42,032 nt of DNA from a virus: the IMG/VR virus record IMGVR_UViG_3300045988_070658, one strand, 5' to 3'. The notes beneath the pieces were generated by a model. The model was not told where the DNA came from and did no database searches. It was given only the letters and a program-made list of their open reading frames with translations. Positions 15,670 to 23,470 of this stretch are shown here, piece after piece. The stretch's first letter is position 1; every line of letters begins with the position of its first letter. The translations under genes were made by a program, and so were the position numbers.

Positions 15670-17043
15670 ATGCAGCAATTTCACCCGCACCCATATCAGC
15701 AGGCAGGCATCGACGCCATTCTGGAAAAGCCCAGCGTTGCGCTCTGGATGGAGATGGGACTGGGCAAGACGGTGGTCACCCTGACCGCCATCGACCAGCT
15801 GATCTACGACCGACTGGAGATCAGCCGCGTCCTGATCGTAGCCCCGAAGAAGGTCGCAGAAGCAACATGGCAAGACGAAGCGCAGAAGTGGGAGCACCTG
15901 CAGCACCTGCGCATCTCCACCGTGCTGGGCACAGAGAAACAGCGTCTGACCGCGCTGGACGCACCGGCAGATATTTACATCATCAACCGGGAAAACATCC
16001 CGTGGCTGGTCAAGGCCCTTGGGCGGCGCTGGAACTTCGACATGGTAGTTCTGGACGAAGCATCCAGCTTCAAGAATCATGCCGCCCAGCGCTTCAAAGC
16101 CCTCAAGGCGGTGCGTCCCCGCATCCACAAGGTAGTCGAGCTCACCGGCACACCACGCCCCAACAGCCTGCTGGACCTCTGGGCGCAAATCTATCTGCTG
16201 GATCAGGGCGAGCGGCTGGGGCGGTACATCACCCACTACCGGCAGGCCTACTTCTGGCCAACCGAGTACAGCTATGAGCCCAAGGACGGAGCAGCTGAAG
16301 CCGTGCAGCAGGCCATTCAGGACATCGTGGTCAGCTTCAAGGCCGCCGACCACCTGACCTTGCCGGAGAAGATCATCGATGACATCCCGGTGGTATTGGA
16401 CAAGCCCGCAAAGACCGCCTACAAGAAGCTGGAGCGGGACTACCTGCTGGAGGTGGACGGCGAAGCCATCACCGCACAGCAGGCGGCGTCCCTCACCGGC
16501 AAGCTGCTCCAGCTGTGCAACGGCAGCCTGTACGACGAGGACGGCACCGTGCACCAGCTGCATCGGTGCAAGCTGGACGCGTTCGAAGAGCTCCTCGAAG
16601 CGCTGGACGGCCAGAGAGCCCTCGTGTTTTACAATTTTCGTTTTGACGAGGAACAGCTCACCCAGCTGTTGAAAACCCGCCACAGCACCCTCAGATTCGC
16701 CGTGCTGCGCACCGGGCAGGACGCCGCCGACTGGAACGCCGGGAAGCTGGACATTTTGCTGGCGCAGCCCGCCAGCTGTGCCTACGGGCTGAATCTCCAG
16801 CAGGGCGGTCACCACCTGATCTGGTACAGCTTGCCCTGGAGTCTGGAATTATACGCGCAGGGAGAAGCCCGGCTCTACCGGCAGGGGCAGACCCAGAGCG
16901 TCATCGTCCACCGGCTGATCGTCAAAGGCGGTGCGGACGAAATGGTGGTCAAGGCGCTGAGCCGCAAGGACACCGACCAGAACAGCCTGATGCAGGCGGT
17001 AAAGACCCGCATCCGGGCAGCGCAGGAAGATAACACCGACTAA
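15670..17043 (+). CDS. SNF2-family DEAD/DEAH-box helicase
   Basis: Motif I MEMGLGKT, motif II VLDEASSFKN, C-terminal helicase motifs ..AYGLNLQ.. and ..QGEARLYRQGQ... Confidence 0.85.
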   Translation: MQQFHPHPYQQAGIDAILEKPSVALWMEMGLGKTVVTLTAIDQLIYDRLEISRVLIVAPKKVAEATWQDEAQKWEHLQHLRISTVLGTEKQRLTALDAPADIYIINRENIPWLVKALGRRWNFDMVVLDEASSFKNHAAQRFKALKAVRPRIHKVVELTGTPRPNSLLDLWAQIYLLDQGERLGRYITHYRQAYFWPTEYSYEPKDGAAEAVQQAIQDIVVSFKAADHLTLPEKIIDDIPVVLDKPAKTAYKKLERDYLLEVDGEAITAQQAASLTGKLLQLCNGSLYDEDGTVHQLHRCKLDAFEELLEALDGQRALVFYNFRFDEEQLTQLLKTRHSTLRFAVLRTGQDAADWNAGKLDILLAQPASCAYGLNLQQGGHHLIWYSLPWSLELYAQGEARLYRQGQTQSVIVHRLIVKGGADEMVVKALSRKDTDQNSLMQAVKTRIRAAQEDNTD

Positions 17044-17091
17044 GACCAGCAGCAAAAGCTGGTATCACCCAAAACAGAAGGGAGAAATCAA

Positions 17092-17322
17092 GTGAGCATC
17101 CGAGCATTCCGCCGCCTCTCCCGTGCCGAGCGACGCGGCTTCATCCAAACCATCAAAGACCCGCTGACCCGCCGGGTCTTTGAGATCGTATTTCTGGGCC
17201 CGGGCAAGGTCAGCTGGCGCAAGGCGGCGCTGCTTTACGGCGGCGGCATTTCCCCGGAGACCCTGCGGGTCTGGGTCTGGAAAGAGCTGCACCGGGCTGA
17301 GAGCCCCACAGCGCCACTGTGA
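17092..17322 (+). CDS. Small sigma-70 region-4-like HTH protein (candidate middle/late transcription factor)
   Basis: LTRRVFEIVFLGPGKVSWRKAALLYGGGISPETLRVWVWKELHR follows the sigma70_r4 pattern. GTG start after GGGAGA. Confidence 0.45.
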   Translation: MSIRAFRRLSRAERRGFIQTIKDPLTRRVFEIVFLGPGKVSWRKAALLYGGGISPETLRVWVWKELHRAESPTAPL

Positions 17323-17404
17323 GCACCAAGACCACACCGGCAGCAAGTTCCACGCCGGAGCAGCAAACGCCGCACACAGAGCCCCGCAGCCGCCCGCTGT
17401 GCAA

Positions 17405-17440
17405 TTCGTAACGTTTTAGCCCCAAAACCCATGCTATGCT
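17405..17440 (+). promoter_or_regulatory. Conserved promoter-like motif, site 1 (TTCGTAACGTTTT-N17-TATGCT, TGC extended -10)
   Basis: Aligns with sites at 19212, 20353 and 29573. Lies 30 nt upstream of the DUF4417 start. Confidence 0.55.
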
Positions 17441-17469
17441 TTCCGGGATAACAACTACGGAGGCAGGGC

Positions 17470-18144
17470 ATGGGTTTTTCAAATGAGCGGATGAGGACAG
17501 GACAGCTGGTCAACTGGTTTCTACTGGAGGGCTTGGAGCTGACCCCGGCGGGCAACCCCGTCACCAAACCGCTGCCGCTGCCCTTCGGCGTAGACCACCT
17601 CATCGGATTCAACGAGCTGCTGACCTGCAAGCACCCGGAGAATGCAGGCGTGCACTTCTTCCTCGATGACTACCAGTTCGAGCGATTCTGGCGACAGCCG
17701 CAGCGCTACCTCAACGCCCTGTCCCGGTTCCCGCTGGTGCTGGGGCCGGACTTCTCGCTTTACACCGACTTCCCTGCCCCGCTCCAGCGCTGGAATCACT
17801 ACCGGAACCAGCTGCTGACAGCATGGCTCCAGCAGCACGGAGTGCACGCCATCCCAGCAGCCAGCTGGTCGGACGAGGACAGCTTCCGCTGGTGTTTTGA
17901 CGGCATCAGTCCCGGTGGAGCCGTAGCCGTAAGCACCGTGGGCTGTCTTGTCCACAAGGACGCACAGGAGGGGCTGGCGCAGGGGCTGGAAGAGCTGATC
18001 CGACAGACCCGCCCGGCCGAACTGCTGGTCTATGGCAAGCTGCCGCAGCAGGCAGCAGTGCTCCTGCGCAGCAATGGTATTCCGTGGCAGGCATTCCCGC
18101 ATAGCATGGCGGCTCGCGTCAGAGCCAGAGAGGAGACGCTGTAA
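17470..18144 (+). CDS. DUF4417-family protein
   Basis: ..VHFFLDDYQFERFWRQPQRY...LGPDFSLYTDFP...RWNHYRNQLL..WLQQHGVHAIPAASW.. matches my recollection of the DUF4417 signature. Function unknown. Confidence 0.55.
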   Translation: MGFSNERMRTGQLVNWFLLEGLELTPAGNPVTKPLPLPFGVDHLIGFNELLTCKHPENAGVHFFLDDYQFERFWRQPQRYLNALSRFPLVLGPDFSLYTDFPAPLQRWNHYRNQLLTAWLQQHGVHAIPAASWSDEDSFRWCFDGISPGGAVAVSTVGCLVHKDAQEGLAQGLEELIRQTRPAELLVYGKLPQQAAVLLRSNGIPWQAFPHSMAARVRAREETL

Positions 18145-18956
18145 TGGGCGGCAGAGGAAGCAGTATGAAAGGCTCCCAAGGCATGGGAGGCGGCGCAGGA
18201 GCGCCCGCAGCAGCCGCACAGGCAATGCCCGCGATCCAAACAGCATCGGCAGCTCAGGCAGCGCCTCAGCAGGCAGGACCGCCCACCGGAGCGAACGGCT
18301 TCGGACACCTGACCCCGCAGCAGGTCTCCGCAATGGAGAGCGCTGCGCAGCGGCAGATGATGCGTGACCCGGCGCTGGCTGCAGGCGTGACCGACTACAT
18401 CAACCCCGTGATGCAGAGCAACGGCAAGGCACTGAGCCAGAACGCCAACTGGGCAGCCGCCAATAAGCTGCCATTGACCGCACGGCAGCAGGCCATGATG
18501 GACGCAGTGGACAAGCTGGCAAAGCCCATCGGGCAGGAGACCACCCTGTACCGCGCCGACCACGACGACTTCATCAAGCGGCTGGGTGTCAAGAACTACG
18601 GCAGTATGAGCGACAGCCAGCTGCGCAAGGCGCTGGTGGGCAAGACTTGGACGAACGACTGCCTGGAATCCACGGCCTACGATAGCCGTGACAACCCTTT
18701 CTGGCCGCAGCCGAACGGACACGGAACTGGCAAGCACGGTCAGGGCGGCATCCGCTCCGGCAACCGTGAGATCCTGATCCGGTATCACACCGCCAAGAGC
18801 GCCCGGGCGGCGTTCATCCAGCCCAGTCAGTCCGAAGCCGTTCTGGCAGTAGGCACCCACCACAAGATCACCGGTGTCCGGGCTACCCGCACTGGCCCTT
18901 CCCGCACCTATCTGACTGGCATGAAAGTGATTGAACTGGAAATTGAAGTGTGGTAA
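18144..18956 (+). CDS. ADP-ribosyltransferase-like protein 1 (R-S-E class, Gly-rich N-terminus MGGRGSS)
   Basis: ..DYINPV..(helical region)..TTLYRAD (Arg), about 40 aa, LESTAYDS (S-T-x), about 55 aa, IQPSQSEAVLAVG (Q-x-E). This order and spacing fit C3/VIP2-type ARTs. ATG overlaps the DUF4417 stop (TAATG). Confidence 0.6.
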   Translation: MGGRGSSMKGSQGMGGGAGAPAAAAQAMPAIQTASAAQAAPQQAGPPTGANGFGHLTPQQVSAMESAAQRQMMRDPALAAGVTDYINPVMQSNGKALSQNANWAAANKLPLTARQQAMMDAVDKLAKPIGQETTLYRADHDDFIKRLGVKNYGSMSDSQLRKALVGKTWTNDCLESTAYDSRDNPFWPQPNGHGTGKHGQGGIRSGNREILIRYHTAKSARAAFIQPSQSEAVLAVGTHHKITGVRATRTGPSRTYLTGMKVIELEIEVW

Positions 18957-18979
18957 AATCAATCTGGAGGTATCTCACT

Positions 18980-19210
18980 ATGGCAGCAAAGAAAGACCCT
19001 TATGCCAAGTTCCGCAAGCTCAAGCAGCACCCGGACTATGACAAAATGACCCCCGCAGAGCGCCGCTTATACGGCGAGTATCTGCAATCGGATGAGCAGA
19101 AGTTCCGCCCCCTCGACACCCCGGCTTCCCCCTACCCCTTCCCTAATCTGGGCATGGAGAAGCCCGCCAGCAAGAAGAAAACCACCAAGGCAAAACCCAA
19201 GAAAAAGTAA
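18980..19210 (+). CDS. Small protein with Lys-rich C-terminal tail, paralog 1
   Basis: ATG 18980 after GGAGG. Ends ..SPYPFPNLGMEKPASKKKTTKAKPKKK. Paralogous tail to 20100..20351. Confidence 0.6.
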   Translation: MAAKKDPYAKFRKLKQHPDYDKMTPAERRLYGEYLQSDEQKFRPLDTPASPYPFPNLGMEKPASKKKTTKAKPKKK

Positions 19211-19211
19211 G

Positions 19212-19246
19212 TCATAACGTTTTGCACCTGCTTTCCGTGTTACCCT
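19212..19246 (+). promoter_or_regulatory. Conserved promoter-like motif, site 2 (TCATAACGTTTT-N17-TACCCT, TGT extended -10)
   Basis: Starts 2 nt after the stop of 18980..19210. Lies 35 nt upstream of ART-like gene 2. Confidence 0.45.
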
Positions 19247-19280
19247 TGACCGAGAAATTCACGGCCAAGGGAGGATTCAC

Positions 19281-20087
19281 ATGGGAGGCAGAGGCGGAAG
19301 CATGGGCGGCAGCCACGGCATGGGTGGAGGCGGCAGCGCAGGCGGGGTGGCAAAGGCCGCCGCACCGGCAGCGCCCCAGACCCGCCAGCAGCAGCTGCTG
19401 GCACAGATCAAGGGCAACCCCACAACCCTGATGCAGATGAGCGATCAGGACGCGTTGGATACGGTCAAGGCGATTGCAGCACAGTCTATCGCAACGGATG
19501 GCACCCAGAATGACACCTTCTGTCAACGATGGTTGAATGCCACCGGACTGGCAAACGAGATGCCCGAGGTTCTGGATGATGTGGCTTTCGGCAAGGCCCG
19601 CCGCAAAGCAGGCGCGAACAAACTGTACCACAGCGATAAGTCCACCGACGGAACCTCGGCTTCTGCCGTAAAAACTCTGAAGCAATTGCAAACAGGCAGT
19701 ACGGCGTATGCCTCGTTTGGCACTCATGGAAGCGGTACTTATCTCGATACCAGTGCTGTCAGCAATGCGAGGTACTATGCAGGAGCAAATGGTTCTCAGG
19801 TCAAGCTATTCCTGAACAGAAATGCAAAGGTCGCAACCTTTTCTGAACTGTTTCAGGCGCAGACCGACTTCCAGAACAAGCACCCGAAAACATACAAGTA
19901 CCTCATGGGCAACCACACCGGTACGCAGTGGGGAGCCAGTGAATTAAAAACCATCTGGCTGACAAGTTCCGGGTACAATGTATACGATGCCGGGCAATAC
20001 AAGGTTGCATATAGCCGTAAAGCCTTAACCATCTGCAAGACAGTTAAGAGCAGACAGCAGGTTGTGCACGGGGGAATCGACTGGTAA
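19281..20087 (+). CDS. ADP-ribosyltransferase-like protein 2 (diverged paralog, MGGRGGS N-terminus)
   Basis: Same Gly-rich N-terminus and length as 18144..18956. NKLYHSD replaces TLYRAD (Arg to His), GSTAYAS is retained, and the Q-x-E region has degenerated to ..FSELF... Confidence 0.5.
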   Translation: MGGRGGSMGGSHGMGGGGSAGGVAKAAAPAAPQTRQQQLLAQIKGNPTTLMQMSDQDALDTVKAIAAQSIATDGTQNDTFCQRWLNATGLANEMPEVLDDVAFGKARRKAGANKLYHSDKSTDGTSASAVKTLKQLQTGSTAYASFGTHGSGTYLDTSAVSNARYYAGANGSQVKLFLNRNAKVATFSELFQAQTDFQNKHPKTYKYLMGNHTGTQWGASELKTIWLTSSGYNVYDAGQYKVAYSRKALTICKTVKSRQQVVHGGIDW

Positions 20088-20099
20088 AGGAGTTCAAGC

Positions 20100-20351
20100 A
20101 TGAAGAAGATTGAAAAGGCTACGCTGAATGCAGAAGCGCTGATTCAGGCCCGTATTGAACAGCTTAAGAAACAGGGCATGACCCCTAGAAACGCTAACGA
20201 GTGTGCCCCCATGGAATGGGATGCGCACACTGGCCGCATTGAAAAACGTGATCTTCCGGACAACTGGAAGGACCCCTATCCGGCTCTGGAAAAGGCTCTC
20301 AAAGCATCCAAGGCGAAGCCCAAGACCACCAAGGCGAAGGCCAAAAAGTAA
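20100..20351 (+). CDS. Small protein with Lys-rich C-terminal tail, paralog 2
   Basis: AAGGAG RBS. Ends ..DPYPALEKALKASKAKPKTTKAKAKK. Confidence 0.6.
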   Translation: MKKIEKATLNAEALIQARIEQLKKQGMTPRNANECAPMEWDAHTGRIEKRDLPDNWKDPYPALEKALKASKAKPKTTKAKAKK

Positions 20352-20352
20352 C

Positions 20353-20387
20353 TCATAACGTTTTTACCCTAGGCTCTCTGGTACAAT
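20353..20387 (+). promoter_or_regulatory. Conserved promoter-like motif, site 3 (TCATAACGTTTT-N17-TACAAT, TGG extended -10)
   Basis: Starts 2 nt after the stop of 20100..20351. Overlaps a hairpin (see terminator 20372-20408). Lies upstream of the ParB-methyltransferase gene. Confidence 0.45.
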
Positions 20388-20408
20388 TGCCAGAGAGCCT
20401 ATTTTATT
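20372..20408 (+). terminator. Hairpin plus T-rich tract (terminator-like) overlapping motif site 3
   Basis: GGCTCTCTGG (20372-20381) / CCAGAGAGCC (20390-20399), followed by TATTTTATT. Confidence 0.5.
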
Positions 20409-20423
20409 GCCCGGAGGGATTGC

Positions 20424-21689
20424 ATGGAGCGTGTGAAACACCAAATCGAGTACAAACGGCTGGACGAGATCCGCCCCTATGACAACAACCCCCGGCGCAA
20501 TGACGAGGCCGCCAAAGCCGTGGCCAACAGCATCCGGGAGTTTGGCTTCCAGTCCCCTATAATCGTGGACAGGGATGGCGTGATCATCGCCGGGCACACC
20601 CGGTACAAGGCCGCCCGGCGGCTGAAACTGCAGGAGGTGCCGGTCATCGTGGCGGCAGAGCTGGACCCGGAGAAGGTCAAGGCTCTGCGCATCGCAGACA
20701 ACTCCACCGGCGAGGTGGCACAGTGGGACTTGCAGCTTCTGGTGCAGGAGCTGACCGGCATCGACTATGACATGACCGACTTCGGCCTGAATCTCCAGAT
20801 CAAGATCGACGAGGAAGTCAAAGAGGACGACTTCACCGCAGAGCCCCCGGAGCAGCCCATCACCCAGCGGGGTGACATCTGGCTGCTGGGCGACCACCGG
20901 GTCATGTGCGGCGACAGCACCAGCCCGCAGGACGTGGAGCAGCTCATGGACGGCCAGCTGGCCGATCTGCTGCTCACCGACCCGCCCTATAACGTGAACT
21001 ATCAGGGCTCGAACGGCAAGAAGATCGAGAACGACAACATGGCAGAGAGCCAGTTCCGGCAGTTCCTGCTTCAGGCATACTGCCGGGCTTTCGATGCCTG
21101 CCGCACCGGGGCCAGCGCGTACATTTTCCACGCAGACACGGAGGGCGAAGCATTCCGGGCGATGTTCCGGGAGGCGGGCTGGGGGCTGCATGGGTGTCTG
21201 GTCTGGGTCAAGAACAGCCTTGTTCTCGGCCACAGCGACTACCAGTGGCAGCACGAGCCCTGCCTGTATGGCTGGAAGCCCGGCGCAAACCATTACTTCA
21301 TCAACGACCGCAGCCAGACCACTGTCATAGATGACGCAAAGCCCGAGGATCTGCGCAAGATGAAGAAGGACGAGCTGCTGGAATGGGCGGTCAAGGCGCA
21401 GGAGCTGCTGACCCAGAAACCCAGCAGCGTCATCCGCTGCGATAAGCCGCCCCGCAATGCAGAGCACCCCACCATGAAGCCAGTGGTGCTCTGCGGCAGG
21501 CTGATCAAAAACAGTTCCATGCCCGGGCAGGCCGTGCTGGATCTGTTCGGCGGCAGCGGTTCTACGCTGATTGCCTGCGAACAGCTGAGCCGGAAGTGCT
21601 ACACCATGGAGTACGACCCGCGCTATGTGGACGTGATCGTTAAACGCTGGGAGGACTTCACCGGCGAAAAAGCAGTCCGCCTGAAATAA
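20424..21689 (+). CDS. ParB-like nuclease domain fused to a DNA methyltransferase (N6-A/N4-C type)
   Basis: N-terminal ParB/Srx-like ..IRPYDNNPRRND...GFQSPIIVDRDGVIIAGHTRYKAA... MTase motif IV LLLTDPPYNV and motif I LDLFGGSGSTLIA. Confidence 0.85.
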   Translation: MERVKHQIEYKRLDEIRPYDNNPRRNDEAAKAVANSIREFGFQSPIIVDRDGVIIAGHTRYKAARRLKLQEVPVIVAAELDPEKVKALRIADNSTGEVAQWDLQLLVQELTGIDYDMTDFGLNLQIKIDEEVKEDDFTAEPPEQPITQRGDIWLLGDHRVMCGDSTSPQDVEQLMDGQLADLLLTDPPYNVNYQGSNGKKIENDNMAESQFRQFLLQAYCRAFDACRTGASAYIFHADTEGEAFRAMFREAGWGLHGCLVWVKNSLVLGHSDYQWQHEPCLYGWKPGANHYFINDRSQTTVIDDAKPEDLRKMKKDELLEWAVKAQELLTQKPSSVIRCDKPPRNAEHPTMKPVVLCGRLIKNSSMPGQAVLDLFGGSGSTLIACEQLSRKCYTMEYDPRYVDVIVKRWEDFTGEKAVRLK

Positions 21690-21749
21690 CCATTCCCCCG
21701 CCGAGGCGGGTCTCACTACTCCTTTCCTGCCCCGGCTTTTATCTTAGCC

Positions 21750-21820
21750 AAAACGGCACGCACTCGGGTCATCCTCCGCCCGCAGGGTTCCTCCAGAGTG
21801 GAACCAGTGCGTGCCGTTTT
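21750..21820 (+). promoter_or_regulatory. 71-nt Y-shaped inverted-repeat structure upstream of terS (terminator, attenuator or pac-related)
   Basis: Perfect 15-bp outer arms AAAACGGCACGCACT (21750-21764) / AGTGCGTGCCGTTTT (21806-21820) enclose two small hairpins (21765-21782 and 21786-21805). Confidence 0.5.
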
Positions 21821-21840
21821 CTTATACCGGAGGTGAAACC

Positions 21841-22251
21841 TTGGCGCGAGAATCTCAAATCAGCAAATGGAACAGCCCCAGCGGCCTGCTGCGTTTGCAG
21901 CGGCTGGCCATGCACGGTCTGACGCAGGCAGAGATCTGCGAGCAGATCGGCGTACCGACCCGCACTTTCCGGCGCTGGTGCACCCAAGACCCACGGATTG
22001 CCAACGCAGTCAGCGTGGGCGCAGAAGCCGCGCTGGCCAGCGTGGAGAACGCCCTGTTCAAGAAAGCCCAGAGCGGCGATCTTGGCGCGATGTGCTTCTA
22101 CCTGAAAAACCGTGACCCGGAGCACTGGTCAGAGCACCCGGAGCTGCGCGGCTACGACGGAAAGGTGGTGTTTGTGGATGACATACCAAAGACGGAGACC
22201 CCCAAATCTTCTCAAGCAGCAGCTGCGACTGAGCAGCCTGATCATCCCTGA
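21841..22251 (+). CDS. terS: Terminase small subunit
   Basis: HTH GLTQAEICEQIGVPTRTFRRW. Lies directly upstream of and overlapping terL. TTG 21841 lies 5 nt after GGAGGTG. The ORF-track GTG 21811 lies inside the hairpin arm. Confidence 0.65.
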   Translation: MARESQISKWNSPSGLLRLQRLAMHGLTQAEICEQIGVPTRTFRRWCTQDPRIANAVSVGAEAALASVENALFKKAQSGDLGAMCFYLKNRDPEHWSEHPELRGYDGKVVFVDDIPKTETPKSSQAAAATEQPDHP

Positions 22252-23470
22252 GTATTACGCCGCCCACACGGCCATCTGGTCGGGGGAGTATAACGAGTAT
22301 CTGGGCGATGGCGGGCGTGGCTCGCTCAAGTCCACCTTTGCAGCCACCGAGGTGGTGCTGCTTATTATGCGGGTGCCGAACATCCACGCTGTCGTCCTGC
22401 GCAAGGTCGGCAACACCATCGCCACCAGCGTCTGGCCGGAGTATAACCGGGTCATTGACCGCATGGGCATCCGGCACCTGTGGAAGCAGACCAAAAAGCC
22501 GTACACCCTGACCTATATCCCCACCGGGCAGACCATCCAGTTCTACGGTCTGGATGACCCCGGCAAGCTGAAATCCATCGCCGTGCCGTTTGGTTACTTC
22601 GGTGTGATGCACTTTGAAGAGTTCGACCAGTACGATGGACCGGAGGAGATCCGAAACGTGGAGCAGTCCGTGTTCCGTGGCGGTCCTTTCAGCTTTTCCT
22701 TTAAGACCTTCAACTCCCCCGCCATGGCGCGGCACTGGGTCAACCGGTACAAGCGGGAGCCGAAGCCCAAGCAGTTCCGGCACCACACCACCTACCTGAC
22801 TACCCCGCCGGAATGGCTGGGTCCCCGTTTCTTTGACGACGCAGAGACCCTGAAGCAGCGAGACCCGGTAGCCTACGCCCATGAGTATCTGGGCGAAGTG
22901 GTAGGCTGCGGCACTGCGGTATTTGAGAATCTGGAACTGCGCCCCATCACCAGTGAAGAGATCGCCGGATTTGACCGGCGTTACTATGGGCTGGACTTCG
23001 GCTGGTACCCAGACCCGAACCACTTCGGCGGCATGGCTTACCTGCACGCGCAAAAGACCCTATACATCTTCGAGGAGCACCGCGCCCAAAAGGAAACTGA
23101 TGCCCAGCTGGCAGAAGCACTGAAACGGCATCTGAACGAAGAGATCATCGCAGACAGCGCGGGGAACCGTTCAATCGCTACACTGCGGGATCTGGGCTTC
23201 TACCGGCTGCGGGGCTGCCGGAAGTACGCCGCTCACGGCGGCACCTCCGTCACCGACGGCATGAAGTGGCTGCAAAGCCGTACAAAGATCGTTATAGACC
23301 CCCAGCGCTGTCCTTGGACAGCCCGGGAGTTTTCTGAGTATGAATATGCCATCGACAAAAAGACCGGCGAGGTGATGCCCGGGTATGTCGATGCCGCAAA
23401 CCACAGCATCGACATGACCAGATACGCCATGGAGGATGTCTGGCAAAAGAGAGGTGTACAGAACGCATGA
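22178..23470 (+). CDS. terL: Terminase large subunit (PBSX/Terminase_3-like)
   Basis: About 430 aa. Walker A-like LGDGGRGSLKS near the N-terminus. C-terminal nuclease region with acidic residues. ATG 22178 chosen within the longer ORF. Confidence 0.8.
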   Translation: MTYQRRRPPNLLKQQLRLSSLIIPEYYAAHTAIWSGEYNEYLGDGGRGSLKSTFAATEVVLLIMRVPNIHAVVLRKVGNTIATSVWPEYNRVIDRMGIRHLWKQTKKPYTLTYIPTGQTIQFYGLDDPGKLKSIAVPFGYFGVMHFEEFDQYDGPEEIRNVEQSVFRGGPFSFSFKTFNSPAMARHWVNRYKREPKPKQFRHHTTYLTTPPEWLGPRFFDDAETLKQRDPVAYAHEYLGEVVGCGTAVFENLELRPITSEEIAGFDRRYYGLDFGWYPDPNHFGGMAYLHAQKTLYIFEEHRAQKETDAQLAEALKRHLNEEIIADSAGNRSIATLRDLGFYRLRGCRKYAAHGGTSVTDGMKWLQSRTKIVIDPQRCPWTAREFSEYEYAIDKKTGEVMPGYVDAANHSIDMTRYAMEDVWQKRGVQNA

